Source: Pseudomonadota bacterium (GTDB lineage Bacteria > Pseudomonadota > Gammaproteobacteria > Burkholderiales > Gallionellaceae). Taken from it: 27,925 nucleotides of DNA. Location: contig JAJZEQ010000171.1 of NCBI GenBank assembly GCA_021851345.1, forward strand, positions 1-27,925. Direction: 5' to 3'. Each line of letters begins with the position of its first letter. Position 1 is the stretch's first letter. The position numbers and the translations under genes were made by a program. Below are positions 26,885 to 27,925 of this stretch, piece after piece. Under the pieces are notes generated by a model, which ran no database searches, was not told the DNA's origin, and worked only from the letters and a program-made list of their open reading frames with translations.

Positions 26885-27925
26885 ATGCCTATCCAAAATC
26901 TGACTCCAGCAGAACTCCGCCTTACCATCGCGCCCGATACGCTGGGCTACTCCGACACGTCCGAATTGCTCGATCTTCCACTGCCGTGGATCGGGCAGGA
27001 GCGCGCGGAAGAAGCCGCGCGTTTCGGGCTCGGCATGAACCAGCCGGATTACAATTTATTCGTACTGGGCGAGGTCGGCAGCGGGCGCTCGTCTCTGCTG
27101 AAACAGGCGATGCAGGCCAGCGCCGCCAACCGGGCGGTGCCGCCCGACCTGTGTTATCTGCACAACTTCGATGCGCCGGAACGGCCGCGCGCACTGCGCC
27201 TGCCTGCCGGTCAGGGACGGCTGCTGCGGCAACTGATGGCACAGATGACGAAATCGCTGCAAACGGAAATACCGCAGCGCCTGGACGGGCAGGATTACAA
27301 GACCGAAAGTGCGCGCATCGAAAAAATACACAAGGCTGAAGAAGCCAAGGCCTACGCCGAGCTGGAGGCGTTTGCCGAGGCGCGCAGTTTCACGATGCAC
27401 CGCGAGACCGGGCACATTTTGTTCACGCTGATCGGGAAAAAAGGCCGCGCCTATACCGAGGACGAAGTGCTTGCATTGCCGAAGGATCGCCGGACCAAAA
27501 TCACGCAAGCCGAACTGGAACTGCGCGCGGAGATCGCCCGCTATTTCGACAAGACCCGGCCTATGGAACGGACAATGAACGAGGCGCTGGCGGCGCTGCG
27601 GCGCCAGGTTGTAAAGCCGCTGCTGGAACACGAGTTGCAGGAGATCCGCGTCGCACTGAAGAAGCAGATCAAGGATGCCGTCAAGCTGAACGCATACCTG
27701 GACCAGGTCATGCATGACGTGCTCGAAAATCTGGAGCTGTTCAAGGCTTCGGATACCGACGAGGATGCCCGGCGCGAGGCGTTGGCCACCGTGCTGTCAC
27801 GCTACCGGGTCAACCTGGTCGTCGACAACGACGGCCTGCACGGCGCGCCGGTGATCGTCGAAGACAACCCGCTGTTCCGCCCGCTGTTCGGCAGCATCGA
27901 ACACCAGTCCGAAAACGATGTGCTG
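26885..27925 (+). CDS. Lon-related AAA+ protease family protein (LonC-like, helical insertion), N-terminal 347 codons; 3' end outside window
   Basis: The frame is open from ATG 26885 to the window edge, and it is absent from the track because it has no stop. The product runs MPIQNLTPAELRLTIAPDTLGYSDTSEL...WIGQERAEEAARFGLGMNQPDYNLFVLGEVGSGRSSL...YRVNLVVDNDGLHGAPVIVEDNPLFRPLFGSIEH, with a long charged coiled-coil-like insertion. This is the pattern of Lon-like proteases with an insertion domain. Confidence 0.75.
   Translation, partial: MPIQNLTPAELRLTIAPDTLGYSDTSELLDLPLPWIGQERAEEAARFGLGMNQPDYNLFVLGEVGSGRSSLLKQAMQASAANRAVPPDLCYLHNFDAPERPRALRLPAGQGRLLRQLMAQMTKSLQTEIPQRLDGQDYKTESARIEKIHKAEEAKAYAELEAFAEARSFTMHRETGHILFTLIGKKGRAYTEDEVLALPKDRRTKITQAELELRAEIARYFDKTRPMERTMNEALAALRRQVVKPLLEHELQEIRVALKKQIKDAVKLNAYLDQVMHDVLENLELFKASDTDEDARREALATVLSRYRVNLVVDNDGLHGAPVIVEDNPLFRPLFGSIEHQSENDVL

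Noticed and set aside
1-27925. CRISPR arrays, rRNA/tRNA genes, reverse transcriptase/DGR or prophage genes
   Set aside because: I inspected all intergenic gaps (808-1549, 2326-2502, 4254-4966, 5813-6161, 15312-15505, 16121-16202, 17494-17816, 19371-19607, 20628-20693, 21072-21145, 22235-22427, 24912-25119, 26749-26884). None has regularly spaced repeats, cloverleaf-compatible sequence or hallmark genes.

Overview
This looks like a chromosomal segment from a moderately GC-rich proteobacterium. Gene content and order look betaproteobacterial, but I cannot verify that without a search.

Housekeeping backbone: rppH (partial), a CBS-pair protein, a small membrane protein plus a hypothetical protein, dut-coaBC, a DUF455 ferritin-like protein, hrcA, hemH, an MHYT-PAS-GGDEF-EAL signalling protein, paiB, an alpha/beta hydrolase and a Lon-like protease (partial).

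Accessory content:
(1) About 6.1-16.2 kb holds a two-partner-secretion / contact-dependent-inhibition (CDI) type locus. It has a TpsB/CdiB transporter and a 2210-aa TpsA/CdiA exoprotein. The A/T-richer C-terminal ~250 aa of CdiA carry no VENN or LYN boundary motif and no toxin fold I can name. A lipoprotein gene starts 2 nt after the cdiA stop.
(2) Recombination scars lie at the distal edge of that block. A 36-nt duplicate of the lipoprotein gene 5' end sits next to a diverged, in-frame duplicate of the 3' end of the neighbouring diheme cytochrome gene. The 66/72-nt direct repeats bracket a second, A/T-rich lipoprotein gene.
(3) A cytochrome cluster on the minus strand encodes DUF1924 cytochrome c, diheme cytochrome c and cytochrome b561. 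A palindromic REP-like block follows, then an uncharacterised His-containing membrane protein and a second diheme cytochrome c.
(4) A GxxExxY (PD-(D/E)XK-like) gene flanked by ~30-nt CACGAAA-rich inverted repeats is wedged between hrcA and hemH.
(5) A 31-codon membrane sORF with a strong Shine-Dalgarno sequence (SD) and its own intrinsic terminator lies upstream of coaBC. It is absent from the ORF track.

I saw no rRNA, tRNA, CRISPR array, integrase or transposase. The best candidate for an undescribed system is the CDI locus with its unassigned C-terminal module, lipoprotein partner or partners and the cassette-like scars next to it.
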